A stretch of 64,000 nucleotides of DNA from Halanaerobacter jeridensis (GTDB lineage Bacteria > Bacillota > Halanaerobiia > Halobacteroidales > Halobacteroidaceae). The notes beneath the pieces were generated by a model. The model ran no database searches and had not been told where the DNA came from. It worked only from the letters and a program-made list of their open reading frames with translations. Shown piece after piece: positions 48,503-58,382 of the stretch (position 1 is the first letter of the stretch; every line of letters starts with the position of its first letter). Made by a program: the position numbers and the translations under genes. The stretch covers positions 1 to 64,000 of the forward strand of contig NZ_JAFBDQ010000005.1 of the NCBI RefSeq assembly GCF_016908315.1. Direction: 5' to 3'.

Positions 48503-49894
48503 TCAAAACGTAACCTTTTCTTCTATCTCTCCTTCAACATTAAGCACATGAGTAGCACAGGAAATACAAGGATCAAAAGAGCGAATAATCCGTCCTAAAA
48601 TCGTAGTTAATAAATTAGCATTAGGAATTTTAGTTCCGACTAAAGCATTTTCTACTGGTTCCCGCCGGCCCAATTTATCTTTAGGAGAAAAATTCCAAAC
48701 GGTAGGCGTTATAATTTGATAACTTGATACTTCTTCTCCTTCAATTTCTGCCTGATGCAATAGCGCTCCCCGCATCGCATCAGTAGTAGCTGTGACCTTA
48801 GTCTTAACTGGCTTTTCACTTTGACTAATTGGAGGTGGACCAGGTTCTAATTGAGCCAACCATTTCTCCATTAATTCTGCAATCTGCAGTGTTTCTCGTG
48901 AGCGGGCTACAATACGATCCATAGTTGAAGTCTTTAACGGATAGTCACCTCTGATAATTGCCCGCGCTAAAGGACCAGTTTCAAAAAAATCTCCGTCATA
49001 CTACACAGATTTAGTCCAACTATAAGCTCCTGGTTTATCTGGAGCCGGCTCTAACTGACCATCTTCTTCTTCAAACCAAGAATTAGCTACTGTTTCTTCA
49101 ATTTTATCCACATCAGGCTGGGCAAACTGCCGCCCGTTAATTACTCCCCTAGGCCAAAAATCATCTTGATTCTGTTCACCAAACTTAAATAAGCCACAAG
49201 AAATTAACCGCTTAGGAGTAACCCCAATCTTAAAATAATCATTATAAACTTGGGCCAACAATTCTGTATCTGGAATCAGTTTTTCTCTAATAAATTGCAA
49301 AATATTAGCTAATAATGCTTGAGCTCGATTAATCTTATCAGCAGTAGGAGCTACTGCTACACCACCTTGCACAAAACTATGTTGATGCGGTGCTTTCCCG
49401 CCAAATAAAGCTAATATCTCATGCGCTTCCTGCGCAACCTTGACAGCATCAAAGTAATGACCTACTAAGCGCTGATTATCTTTAGGCTTCAAACGCCCAT
49501 CAACAAGATTTTGATTTTGCCACGGAGGCCGATTAGGAAACTCAACAAAATCAGGCAAGCTAAAAAAATAAAAATGGCGGATATGATTTTGTAAGAAATC
49601 AGCAACCAGCATAATATTTCTTAAATACTGAGCCCGCTGAGATAAAGTACTACCATATAACTCATCTAATAAATAACTACCCACTGCTCCATGGGCCAAA
49701 GAACAAATCCCACATACCCGCTGCGTCAGATATACAGCATCAGTTACTTTCCGGCCCTGCATAATTTTTTCATAACCTCTAAACATCGTACCTTTAGCAT
49801 TAGCCTCTTTGATCCAACCATCATCTATAACTACCTTGACTGATAGTAATCCACTTAATCGCGTAACAGGACTAAAATTAATCGTCTGACTCAT
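48503..49894 (-). pseudogene. [NiFe]-hydrogenase large subunit with in-frame TAG
   Basis: N-terminal RVCGICSLAH (RxCGxC) and C-terminal DPCISCATH (DPCxxCxxH) motifs lie in one frame. ...YSWTKSV-TAG-YDGDFFETGPLARAII... TAG at + strand 49001-49003. Confidence 0.75.
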
Positions 49895-49978
49895 ATTCTC
49901 TAACCCCCTTCTTTAATATAATAAAGATTGAGTTTAAGTCTAAGAATTAGGCTTTATCTTCTCTTTTGTCTTGACTGT

Positions 49979-50899
49979 TTATTCATTACTGTTTTCAGAT
50001 AGCGGAGTAAAAAATGGCGTCGAACCATCGGGAAAATCGGGATTAGTACAGCCGATACAAGGAGTATTAGCTTCGACTGGCCAATTAACATTAATCCACT
50101 TCCGATAAGGGCAATCTGCTCTAGTTTTAGGCCCTACACATCCTTGACTGAACATACATTCAATCTCACCTAAATTTTCAGCAAAGTTACCATTATCAAA
50201 ATAAGAGCGACGCTGACAATGGCGGTGAATAGTATAACCATAAAATAAAGTTGGTCGATTGCGGTTATCAAGTTCTGGCCGTCCATACATTAATAAATGC
50301 GCTAAAGTTCCAACAAACCAATCAGCATTCACCGGGCAACCACTGACATTAATAACTTCCCGGTCTAATACCTCACTGACTGCTACACTTTGACTGAGAT
50401 TAGGTCGAGCTGCACTAGGGCCACCGAAACTAGCACAAGTTCCTAGTGCTACTACATATTTAGCCAAGCCACCTAACCACTTTACTGCTTCTAAAGCACT
50501 AACTTCTCCTTGGGAAGTAATGAAGACAACATTGTACTCTTCTTGTAAAGGAATTGCTCCTTCTACTACTAAAGTAAATTGACCGGCTTTTTTATTAGCA
50601 GCAGCTTTGAGATTATTAACCGCATCTTGGCCCTGGGCAGCCATAAAAGTATTACTGTATAACAAATCAATTGTTTCCTCCAAAAATCGGTCTAAATAGG
50701 GATATGTTGTATTCATGATTGAAATATTATTATCACAACTACAATTTGTTTCTAACCAAATTACAGGTAATTTTTCAGTTTGAGAATCATGATAACTACT
50801 TACTTCTGCTAAGATTTTATGAGTTAAAGAACTATGCCCTTTATTACCTTGGTAAGGAGAATAATTCTGACAAAGATTGATAAACTCATTTCGCTTCAC
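49979..50899 (-). CDS. [NiFe]-hydrogenase small subunit
   Basis: Cys clusters GCPVNADWF and CIGCTNPDFPD typical of the small subunit. No Tat signal is evident. Confidence 0.8.
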   Translation of the reverse strand: MKRNEFINLCQNYSPYQGNKGHSSLTHKILAEVSSYHDSQTEKLPVIWLETNCSCDNNISIMNTTYPYLDRFLEETIDLLYSNTFMAAQGQDAVNNLKAAANKKAGQFTLVVEGAIPLQEEYNVVFITSQGEVSALEAVKWLGGLAKYVVALGTCASFGGPSAARPNLSQSVAVSEVLDREVINVSGCPVNADWFVGTLAHLLMYGRPELDNRNRPTLFYGYTIHRHCQRRSYFDNGNFAENLGEIECMFSQGCVGPKTRADCPYRKWINVNWPVEANTPCIGCTNPDFPDGSTPFFTPLSENSNE

Positions 50900-51270
50900 A
50901 AATATACCTCCCCTTTTTATGTCTCTAATAATATTATGTTTTCAAATTATCTATTATTAAAATTATTTATACTCTATTTTAGTAACGAAAGAACATTTAT
51001 CTAATATGCTGTATTAAAAAGCTTATGGGGGGAGTCTAACTTGAAAAGTATAAAAACAATATTCAAAAATATGAAGACAAATATAATACATATAGCAATT
51101 CTACAATTAACTCTGACTGCTTAATCAATTGTTTATCACTATTAATTGATTATAGTCTTAAAAAACGAAAATTTTCCAAGCAAAAATAAAAGAGACAAAA
51201 AATATTAACTTTATTTATTAATTGACGCTAGCAATGTATAATTAATTCAACTTATTAATAAATATTAACT

Positions 51271-51747
51271 ATGGAAAAAATCAATTATAAAGTTACAATT
51301 ATAGGACTTGGTAATATCTTAATGTCAGATGATGGTTTAGGAGCAACTGTAATTAAACAATTAAAGCAAGAAACCTGGAGTAGAGAAATTTTAATTGTAG
51401 ACTGCGGTACTTGTCCCCTAGTTTATCTTGAACAATTGAGTACATCGCAGCACGTAATTGTAATTGATGCTATTAAAAAAGGTAAACCGGCTGGGACCAT
51501 TTATCACTTTAATTTAGCAAAACACAGATCAAAAAATAGACTTAAAAGAACCACTCATAATTATTCTTTACCTCAAGTTATTGCCTTAGCTCGCGAAATT
51601 AACAATTTACCTCACACAGTAATCTATTATGGCATTGAACCTGCTAATCTAAATTTAGGAACAGAACTTTCTCATCCACTAAGACAGTCTATCCCCAAAT
51701 TAATTAGACTGATTAAAAAACAAATCAATCAGTTAAGCAAAAAATAA
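51271..51747 (+). CDS. hydrogenase maturation endopeptidase (HyaD/HybD/HycI family)
   Basis: ITIIGLGNILMSDDGLGATVIKQL signature of hydrogenase maturation proteases. Confidence 0.8.
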   Translation: MEKINYKVTIIGLGNILMSDDGLGATVIKQLKQETWSREILIVDCGTCPLVYLEQLSTSQHVIVIDAIKKGKPAGTIYHFNLAKHRSKNRLKRTTHNYSLPQVIALAREINNLPHTVIYYGIEPANLNLGTELSHPLRQSIPKLIRLIKKQINQLSKK

Positions 51748-51777
51748 TCCAGGAGCAGCTCAAGGCTACTCCTGGAT
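51747..51777 (+). terminator. hairpin directly after the protease gene stop
   Basis: atccaggag...ctcctggat. Weak U-run. Confidence 0.4.
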
Positions 51778-51805
51778 TATGCTAGTTATTATGAACTTTT
51801 AAAAT

Positions 51806-51846
51806 TACAAAAAATTAAAAAAGCTCTGGGGAAATTCCCCAGAGCT
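51806..51846 (-). terminator. Rho-independent terminator of the csp gene
   Basis: agctctgggg aaatt ccccagagct followed by a T-run on the minus strand. Confidence 0.8.
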
Positions 51847-51881
51847 TTGTAAGGTCGCAATTTATGTTAGTTAGAGCTTAT

Positions 51882-52087
51882 TTACAGCTTAACAACATCT
51901 TCAGCTTGCAATCCACGATCGCCTTCTACTACTTCAAATTCTACCTCTTGATCTTCTTCTAAAGTTTTGTAACCTTCTTCTTCAATTGCAGAAAAGTGAA
52001 CGAATACGTCATCTCCTGCTTCTCTTTCGATAAATCCATAACCTTTTTTCCCGTCAAACCATTTTACATTACCTTGTTCTTTCATTA
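51882..52087 (-). CDS. cold-shock protein (CspA family)
   Basis: [22 protein letters not shown]...[12 protein letters not shown] motifs. Likely start at the Met after the ggagg RBS rather than the upstream ATG of the 85-aa ORF. Confidence 0.85.
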
Positions 52088-52228
52088 TAAAATTCCTCCT
52101 AAGTTTTTTAAAACAGTTGATAAGAAGTTTTTTTATCAACCTAAATAAATAATAGCACAGGATTAGCTATTTGTCAAAGGATTTATTCATTAATTATAAA
52201 TTATTACAACTGCTATAATAATAATTAC

Positions 52229-53416
52229 TTAATTTTCACCATCAGCCAACCATCTCTCTCCTGTTAACTTAATACCTAATGCTCCTAGAGGTGAAGTTAC
52301 TACAATCGATAAGACTGCTAATGCTAAAATTAATTCCCCCGACTCAACTCCTGCAGCTAACGGTACTGCCCCTACAGCAGCCTGTACTGTTGCTTTAGGT
52401 AGATAAGCGATCACACAAAATAATCTCTCTTTCCACTCTAAATTAGTATTAATTAATGAAATTAAAACCCCAATCGATCTAGCTAAAAGACCAACCGCAA
52501 TAATTACTAGCCCGACTAAGCCTGATTGTAAAGCCACCTCAATATTAACCTCAGCACCAATTAACACAAATAATAATAATTCAGCAAACACCCAGATTTT
52601 ATTAAACTTAGCCGCTAACCTCTGCCCTACTTCCTTATATTTTTCCATAATTACAAAACCAATTGTCATTACTCCCAATAAACTAGCAATTGATATAATT
52701 CCTTCGAGCGCTTCTTTAGATACATCCAGAAATATAGCCACACTTAAAATCAACAATACCTTTTTAGTATCACGCATATGATACTTTTTAAACAAATAAA
52801 TCAAGAATAAAGCTACCACAACTCCAATTGCTACTCCTAGGATAATTGAAATCGGAATATTTAAAAGTTTCCAAGTTAAATTAACACTCTGTCCCCCATA
52901 AAATCCTAGAAAAGTAGAAAATAGAGTAATTGCGACTATATCATCGATTGATGCTCCCGCTAAAACTAAAGTTGGAATCCCCTTAGCTGCTCCTTTACCC
53001 CGATCAATCAAATTTAACATTTGAGGAACTATTACAGCAGGAGATACAGCAGCAATAATAAAAGCTAAAATTCCTGCTTCAATTAACGAGATATCTAATA
53101 AATAATTAGCCACAAACAAAATCGTAAAACCTTCCATTAGCCCCGGAATAAAACTCATCTTAACTGCAGGAACTCCTATTTTCTTTAGCGTTTCTTTCTT
53201 TAAGCCTAGTCCGGCTCGAATTAAAATAATAATCAAGGCTATTTTTCTTAAATCCGGCGAAACCTGCAGTAATTCTTGACTCATTACATCAAAACCATAC
53301 GGACCAATTGCTACTCCCAAAATCAACATTCCTAATAACCCTGGTAAACTAACATGGTCAAAAGCCTTATTAAGTATTAGACCAAACAAAATTATAATTG
53401 CTAAACTTAACGCCAT
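52229..53416 (-). CDS. cation:proton antiporter family membrane protein
   Basis: 395 aa, about 11 TM segments. Resembles CPA-type Na+(K+)/H+ exchangers. Confidence 0.55.
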   Translation of the reverse strand: MALSLAIIILFGLILNKAFDHVSLPGLLGMLILGVAIGPYGFDVMSQELLQVSPDLRKIALIIILIRAGLGLKKETLKKIGVPAVKMSFIPGLMEGFTILFVANYLLDISLIEAGILAFIIAAVSPAVIVPQMLNLIDRGKGAAKGIPTLVLAGASIDDIVAITLFSTFLGFYGGQSVNLTWKLLNIPISIILGVAIGVVVALFLIYLFKKYHMRDTKKVLLILSVAIFLDVSKEALEGIISIASLLGVMTIGFVIMEKYKEVGQRLAAKFNKIWVFAELLLFVLIGAEVNIEVALQSGLVGLVIIAVGLLARSIGVLISLINTNLEWKERLFCVIAYLPKATVQAAVGAVPLAAGVESGELILALAVLSIVVTSPLGALGIKLTGERWLADGEN

Positions 53417-53835
53417 TTTTTATCCCACTCCCTTTTCTATATAAGTAAGACAGTTAAAGTTAAAAGAATCTTTGCTAAAGATATTTTCTTTTAAAAGAGA
53501 ATATCTCTATAAGACCATTCCTGCCCCACACTATTAAAGTAAGATTACCTTAGATGTAGATGAAATTTTTTCGCAGCGACTTTAAATCTAGTTTGCAATA
53601 AGTCTTAACGCAGAATAATAAAAAATCATTTTATCTACATCTGGAAAGCTACACTTTATATAAAAAAGACCCCTACTCGCTGAGAAGATAAAGTAATCCC
53701 CAAGCAAGTAGGAGCCATCAATTGCTATATTTAGCAATAGTTAAAGGCGAGCTCCATCGCCTACCATTTAATTTTAGCAGATTAATTATAAGATTGCAAT
53801 CAAAATTTGTAGACTAATTATTTTACTGCCTTTTT

Positions 53836-55044
53836 TCACCTTTTACATTTCCCCAACATACCATCTAACAAAGGATTAGTTCGTACCCCAGTATCTCTAG
53901 AATACGGCATGACAGATATTCTAGTTCCCGGCACAGCAAATGGATCTTCAGGAATAACTTTTGTTCCACTCCAGGTTGATTGCTCCCCAGAAAAAGTTGA
54001 TTCTTCTAAAATAATAGAATAACTCCGCCCTTCGCCAGTACCAATGCCAATTCCCACTCCAGCTACATAAGAATCAAACTGCCCATCAAATATTGATTCT
54101 GGAGCCGGCAAACCAGTAGCACCAACAGTCAGAGCATAGCTGTTTTCTGCTAATTTCTGCACTAAAACAACACCACCTCGTCGAGCAGGCACAGGTCTCA
54201 AATATTCAGGTGCAGTCAGTATCACAACACATTTTTCCGGTACGATTGCTTCTGTAGGTATACATATCTTTTCTCCCACAGAAATTTGGTTAGGATTTTC
54301 TATTTGAGGATTAGCAGCAATTAAATTATCTACCGTAATTCCATATCTTTGGGCTATTTCATATAAAGTATCTCCTGCTTGGACAGTATAAGTTTTCCCT
54401 ACACAATCAGTTGTTTGATCGGCTGAATACTGATTTTCTACTAACACAAAAGAGCCCGGCACAAAAGCAACTGAATCATAAGGCACAATTCCTACTATTT
54501 TTGTATTAGACAAATTTATTCCACCTAAAGCCAAACTCCAGGTTGGTTCTTGATTTCCCACAGCAGTCTGCTTTAATTCAGAGTAAAAAGTTCCTCCGCG
54601 TTCTCGACTAAAAAATCTAGTCATGACTGCATAGGAATCAAAATCAAGCTGAGATTCTAGCAATTCTGGTTCCGGCAGCCCAGCAGCAAAAACAGTCACA
54701 TCATAACTATCTTCTGTTAGCTGCTGTAGTAAAATCACTCCTCCAGCTCGGTTTGAAACTGAAGGATATTCAGTATTTTGAGGTCGAGTTAGTACTGTTG
54801 ACCATTTTTCACTTCCCTCAATTTCTTCAATTGGAATACAGATTACCTGACCAACAAAAATAAAATTAGGATTTTCTATCTGCGGGTTAGCAGCCAGTAA
54901 ATCATCTACTGCAACTTCATATTTCTGAGCTATCTTGTTTAAAGTATCGCCCGGCTGCACAGTATATCTAGTCCCTGGACAATCATTCATATAATTCCTG
55001 CTTATAATATAAAATCCTATGCATAATGCATAGACCACAATCAT
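53836..55044 (-). CDS. LysM-repeat protein, paralog 1 of 3
   Basis: Two LysM domains (YTVQPGDTLNKIAQKY...; YTVQAGDTLYEIAQRYGI...), each followed by an approximately 130-aa module. Confidence 0.7.
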   Translation of the reverse strand: MIVVYALCIGFYIISRNYMNDCPGTRYTVQPGDTLNKIAQKYEVAVDDLLAANPQIENPNFIFVGQVICIPIEEIEGSEKWSTVLTRPQNTEYPSVSNRAGGVILLQQLTEDSYDVTVFAAGLPEPELLESQLDFDSYAVMTRFFSRERGGTFYSELKQTAVGNQEPTWSLALGGINLSNTKIVGIVPYDSVAFVPGSFVLVENQYSADQTTDCVGKTYTVQAGDTLYEIAQRYGITVDNLIAANPQIENPNQISVGEKICIPTEAIVPEKCVVILTAPEYLRPVPARRGGVVLVQKLAENSYALTVGATGLPAPESIFDGQFDSYVAGVGIGIGTGEGRSYSIILEESTFSGEQSTWSGTKVIPEDPFAVPGTRISVMPYSRDTGVRTNPLLDGMLGKCKR

Positions 55045-55105
55045 ACAAGATTAGATTGTGTTAGCTATAATCCTATGCACAGTTTTTCTTATAAGCAGGA
55101 TTTTC
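54995..55105. promoter_or_regulatory. palindromic operator-like element upstream of LysM paralog 1
   Basis: Perfect 17-bp palindrome CTATGCATAATGCATAG (55017-55033) nested in a long imperfect inverted repeat cctgcttataa...ttataagcagg. Confidence 0.45.
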
Positions 55106-55179
55106 ACCACCTTTCTTTTTGTTTGAATTAAAATTTTTACTAAAAGTCAATTTATCTAACCTTTAATCAGGTCATAATC

Positions 55180-56376
55180 CTAAAATTCCTCCGCTATCTT
55201 GCCAGATAATAAAATTTCTGCTCCTGATATCTCATCCGGTTGATAATATGGTCTAATATTGACCTCCGCTCCCTGCACACTATATGGCAATTCCGGAGGT
55301 AAAATTACTGTTCCTGCCCAGATTGAACCCTGGACTGGAGTAACAACTCGTTCTAAAACAGCATAATAAGAAAGCTGCTGTTCAAACCCAAGTTGAATAT
55401 TGATCGTAGCTAAATAGCTATCATACTCTAACTCATCACCTATAACCTCAGGCACAGGCGGTATCCCCACTGCACCAAATGTTACAACATATCCTCTGTC
55501 AGGTGTATATTGAGCTAAAACTACTCCCCCAGTCCAAGGTGGAACAGGCTTAAAATAATCTGAAGCAGTCATTACTGCCGTATATTTTCTCGGTATAGAA
55601 GCTTCCGGCGGCAGCACAATCGTTTGACCTACAAAAATTTGGCTTGGATCTCCTATATCAGGATTTACAGCTAGTAATTGGTCCAAAGTCAAATTATATT
55701 TTTCTGCTACTTTACTTAAAGTATCTCCGGCTTGAATTCGATAAGTTGTTCCATATTCAGAATAATCTTCCTCAATTAAAATATTTCCTTCTGATGTTCG
55801 ACCAGTGGTCTGATGTAAAGCAAAAACCCTGATCAAATATTCCTCCGGATCTATCGTACCTAAAGTTCCTGACCAAACTGGTTGCAGAGAACCACCAGCT
55901 GTTCGGGTAGTTTTTTTCAAAACTTTAGTATATCTATAGTTTCCAATTTCCGGAGGAGAATCATATTCATTCATCCTAGTTACTAAAGTCACATAAGAAT
56001 CAAAATTTCCTAACTCTTCTAAACTAGGCAGCCCTGTAGCAAATATGACTGCCTCATAAGCATCATCATCTATCTGCTGTAACAACATTGTTCCGCCTAA
56101 ATCATAGGGGATAGGAAGATTATTTTCTTCAAGAGTAGGCAACATTGGCGGCAGCAGTAATACCGCTTCTTTTATAAACTCATCACCCCCATTGGCAGTA
56201 GGAATACAGAGTTTCTGCCCTACATCAATCTGACTAGAACCTCCCAACTGTGGATTAGCTGCATACAAACTTTCTAGGGTAATTCCATATCTTTGAGCAA
56301 TTTTATATAATGTATCTCCTGCTCTCACAAGTATAACTTCTCCTTTACACTTTCTGCCGTCACTCATTTCAATCAC
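55180..56376 (-). CDS. LysM-repeat protein, paralog 2 of 3
   Basis: Two LysM domains. Same architecture as 53836-55044. Confidence 0.7.
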   Translation of the reverse strand: MIEMSDGRKCKGEVILVRAGDTLYKIAQRYGITLESLYAANPQLGGSSQIDVGQKLCIPTANGGDEFIKEAVLLLPPMLPTLEENNLPIPYDLGGTMLLQQIDDDAYEAVIFATGLPSLEELGNFDSYVTLVTRMNEYDSPPEIGNYRYTKVLKKTTRTAGGSLQPVWSGTLGTIDPEEYLIRVFALHQTTGRTSEGNILIEEDYSEYGTTYRIQAGDTLSKVAEKYNLTLDQLLAVNPDIGDPSQIFVGQTIVLPPEASIPRKYTAVMTASDYFKPVPPWTGGVVLAQYTPDRGYVVTFGAVGIPPVPEVIGDELEYDSYLATINIQLGFEQQLSYYAVLERVVTPVQGSIWAGTVILPPELPYSVQGAEVNIRPYYQPDEISGAEILLSGKIAEEF

Positions 56377-56552
56377 CTCTAACTAGTAGTTTATATTATT
56401 ATATGCCTGATAAAATATTTTGGTTATTGCATTGATAGGCAGAAACTGCTAATAGGCTCCCCACTGAGCTGAATAACAACAGTTTAGAAACAATTTGATA
56501 TTATTTCTAAACTGTGATGAAAGTAAAAACTACTTATTTATCATTTTTAAAT

Positions 56553-57755
56553 TTATAAATTTCGGATGATCTTCTGCCTATCAGCAGTTCCACTTAAGAT
56601 AACATCACCTCTAGATTTAGTTATCTTATTAACCGGAAACACGTTTAATCTACTATTTTGAGGCTCCACAGACTGATTATTGGAAATCACAACTACTCCC
56701 GCCCAAGTTGGTTCTTGGTTGCTGGAAGTAGTCTTTTTCAGAATACTAGTATATTCTTCCCCAGCAATTTCGACTACAGCTAAATAATCATTAAACTCAG
56801 CAGTTTCCAATTCTTCCGGAGCAGGCACTCCAGTAACAACAAAGGTTGCAGCATAATTATTCTCCTCTAATTTATCCAGCAAAGCTACTCCACCAGCTAA
56901 AGAAGACAATTCTCTACCTGCAGGAGGAGCTAATACTACAGCCCATTTGCTCAGCGGAACAACTCCTTCTGGAATACAAAGCGGCTGCCCAATATAAAGT
57001 TGACTAGGGTCTTCTAACTGTGGATTAGCTGTAAGTAACATTTCAACTGAAATATTAAGTTTCTGAGCTATCTGATAAAGCGTATCTTCTGGTTGAATAA
57101 CATAACTTATTCCTTCACAGCTATGCTTTAGTTCATCTTTAATTACTCTACCTACTAATAAAGAATCAGACATTACCCTTTCAACTTGATTATAGAGCTT
57201 AATGGCTATTTTGCTTTTAAATACAGCAAACGGATTATCCGGAATGACTATTGTTCCCACTAAAATCGGCTTCTCAATAGTAATTGTTCCGCTCTGAATA
57301 AAATAACTAAATTCTTCTATCACAATCTCTAAATTAGCAAAATAACGTTCATCAGCAATATTTATCTCGCCTAAATAAGAATCAAACGCATCTCCTTTTA
57401 ATTCTTGGGGAGCAGGTAACCTGGCACCAAAAAAAGTCACAACCGCTTTCCCATTTTCTAACTCCTGCACTAAAACCAATCCTTCAACTGTGCGAGCAAT
57501 AAATTGAGAAATAGATGCTAAATATTCAGTATAAGTCATTAAAATTATATTTTTTTTAGGTACTACAGCTACACTTGGAATACAAATTATCTGACCAACA
57601 AAAATAAGATTAGGATTTTCTATTTGCGGATTAACAGCTAATAATTCCTCTAAAGTTACCCTATATTTTTGCGCTATCTGATTTAAAGTATAGCCCGCTT
57701 GAACAGTATAAGTTTCTCCTTTACAATTAACTTCTTGCTCACTCAAACCAACCAC
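56553..57755 (-). CDS. LysM-repeat protein, paralog 3 of 3
   Basis: Two LysM domains. Same architecture. Confidence 0.7.
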   Translation of the reverse strand: MVGLSEQEVNCKGETYTVQAGYTLNQIAQKYRVTLEELLAVNPQIENPNLIFVGQIICIPSVAVVPKKNIILMTYTEYLASISQFIARTVEGLVLVQELENGKAVVTFFGARLPAPQELKGDAFDSYLGEINIADERYFANLEIVIEEFSYFIQSGTITIEKPILVGTIVIPDNPFAVFKSKIAIKLYNQVERVMSDSLLVGRVIKDELKHSCEGISYVIQPEDTLYQIAQKLNISVEMLLTANPQLEDPSQLYIGQPLCIPEGVVPLSKWAVVLAPPAGRELSSLAGGVALLDKLEENNYAATFVVTGVPAPEELETAEFNDYLAVVEIAGEEYTSILKKTTSSNQEPTWAGVVVISNNQSVEPQNSRLNVFPVNKITKSRGDVILSGTADRQKIIRNL

Positions 57756-58382
57756 CTCAATTAATATGATATAGTACTCTCGGCTAAATTAGTTGCTTAA
57801 TTCATAGTCTTGAGCCCAACTACTAACATTTTAAATATGAAAATTATTATAAATTTAGCCGAGAATCCTTATGATTTATTATATAATATATGTGCTTGAG
57901 ATGATTATAGTAGAGAAAAGTGGTTTATTACCCGTTATAAATCTATTGGACCAAATAATTTTCTGCATAGTTTAGTTGTTTAAATGAAAATTATGTTGCT
58001 CATATCTTCTCTGTGACCAGAATAATTAATAGCTATTTTAAAAATTAATATTCTTTCTTCCACTAGAGAATAATATTCAAGTTCTATTTTAAACGCTCAA
58101 GAAATAATTAATACTACTTCACTAACCCTAGTTTTATATTATTTATCCGCTACACTGTATGGCATGATTGCCGCTTATATTTTAAATTTAATCTACCAAA
58201 AATGCGGTCCAGTGAATTAAATCTTAGTTTAACCTACACTTTATTTTTAATAAATTGCAGGTTTTTCACTGCTTATCAGCAATTTATTAGTTACAAGGAC
58301 ATTAATCTTTGTTTTTTATTTCGAATATAATTTTCGGTTAAAAGCAAAATATTATAGTTGCTATCTGTAATCATTTCATTTT

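Noticed and set aside
47757-49003. Pyrrolysine or amber read-through recoding of the two in-frame TAGs
   Set aside because: TAG terminates other well-formed genes in the window (8924-9781, 27363-28253), and a TAA interrupts the TetR gene too. Combined with the IS-disrupted hypF, pseudogenisation is more parsimonious. I left a check (pyl genes, genome-wide TAG usage) in the findings.
54995-55105. Inverted repeat cctgcttataa...ttataagcagg as a MITE
   Set aside because: Single copy in the window, no target-site duplication discernible, and it encloses a perfect operator-like palindrome directly upstream of a gene start. A regulatory site is more likely.
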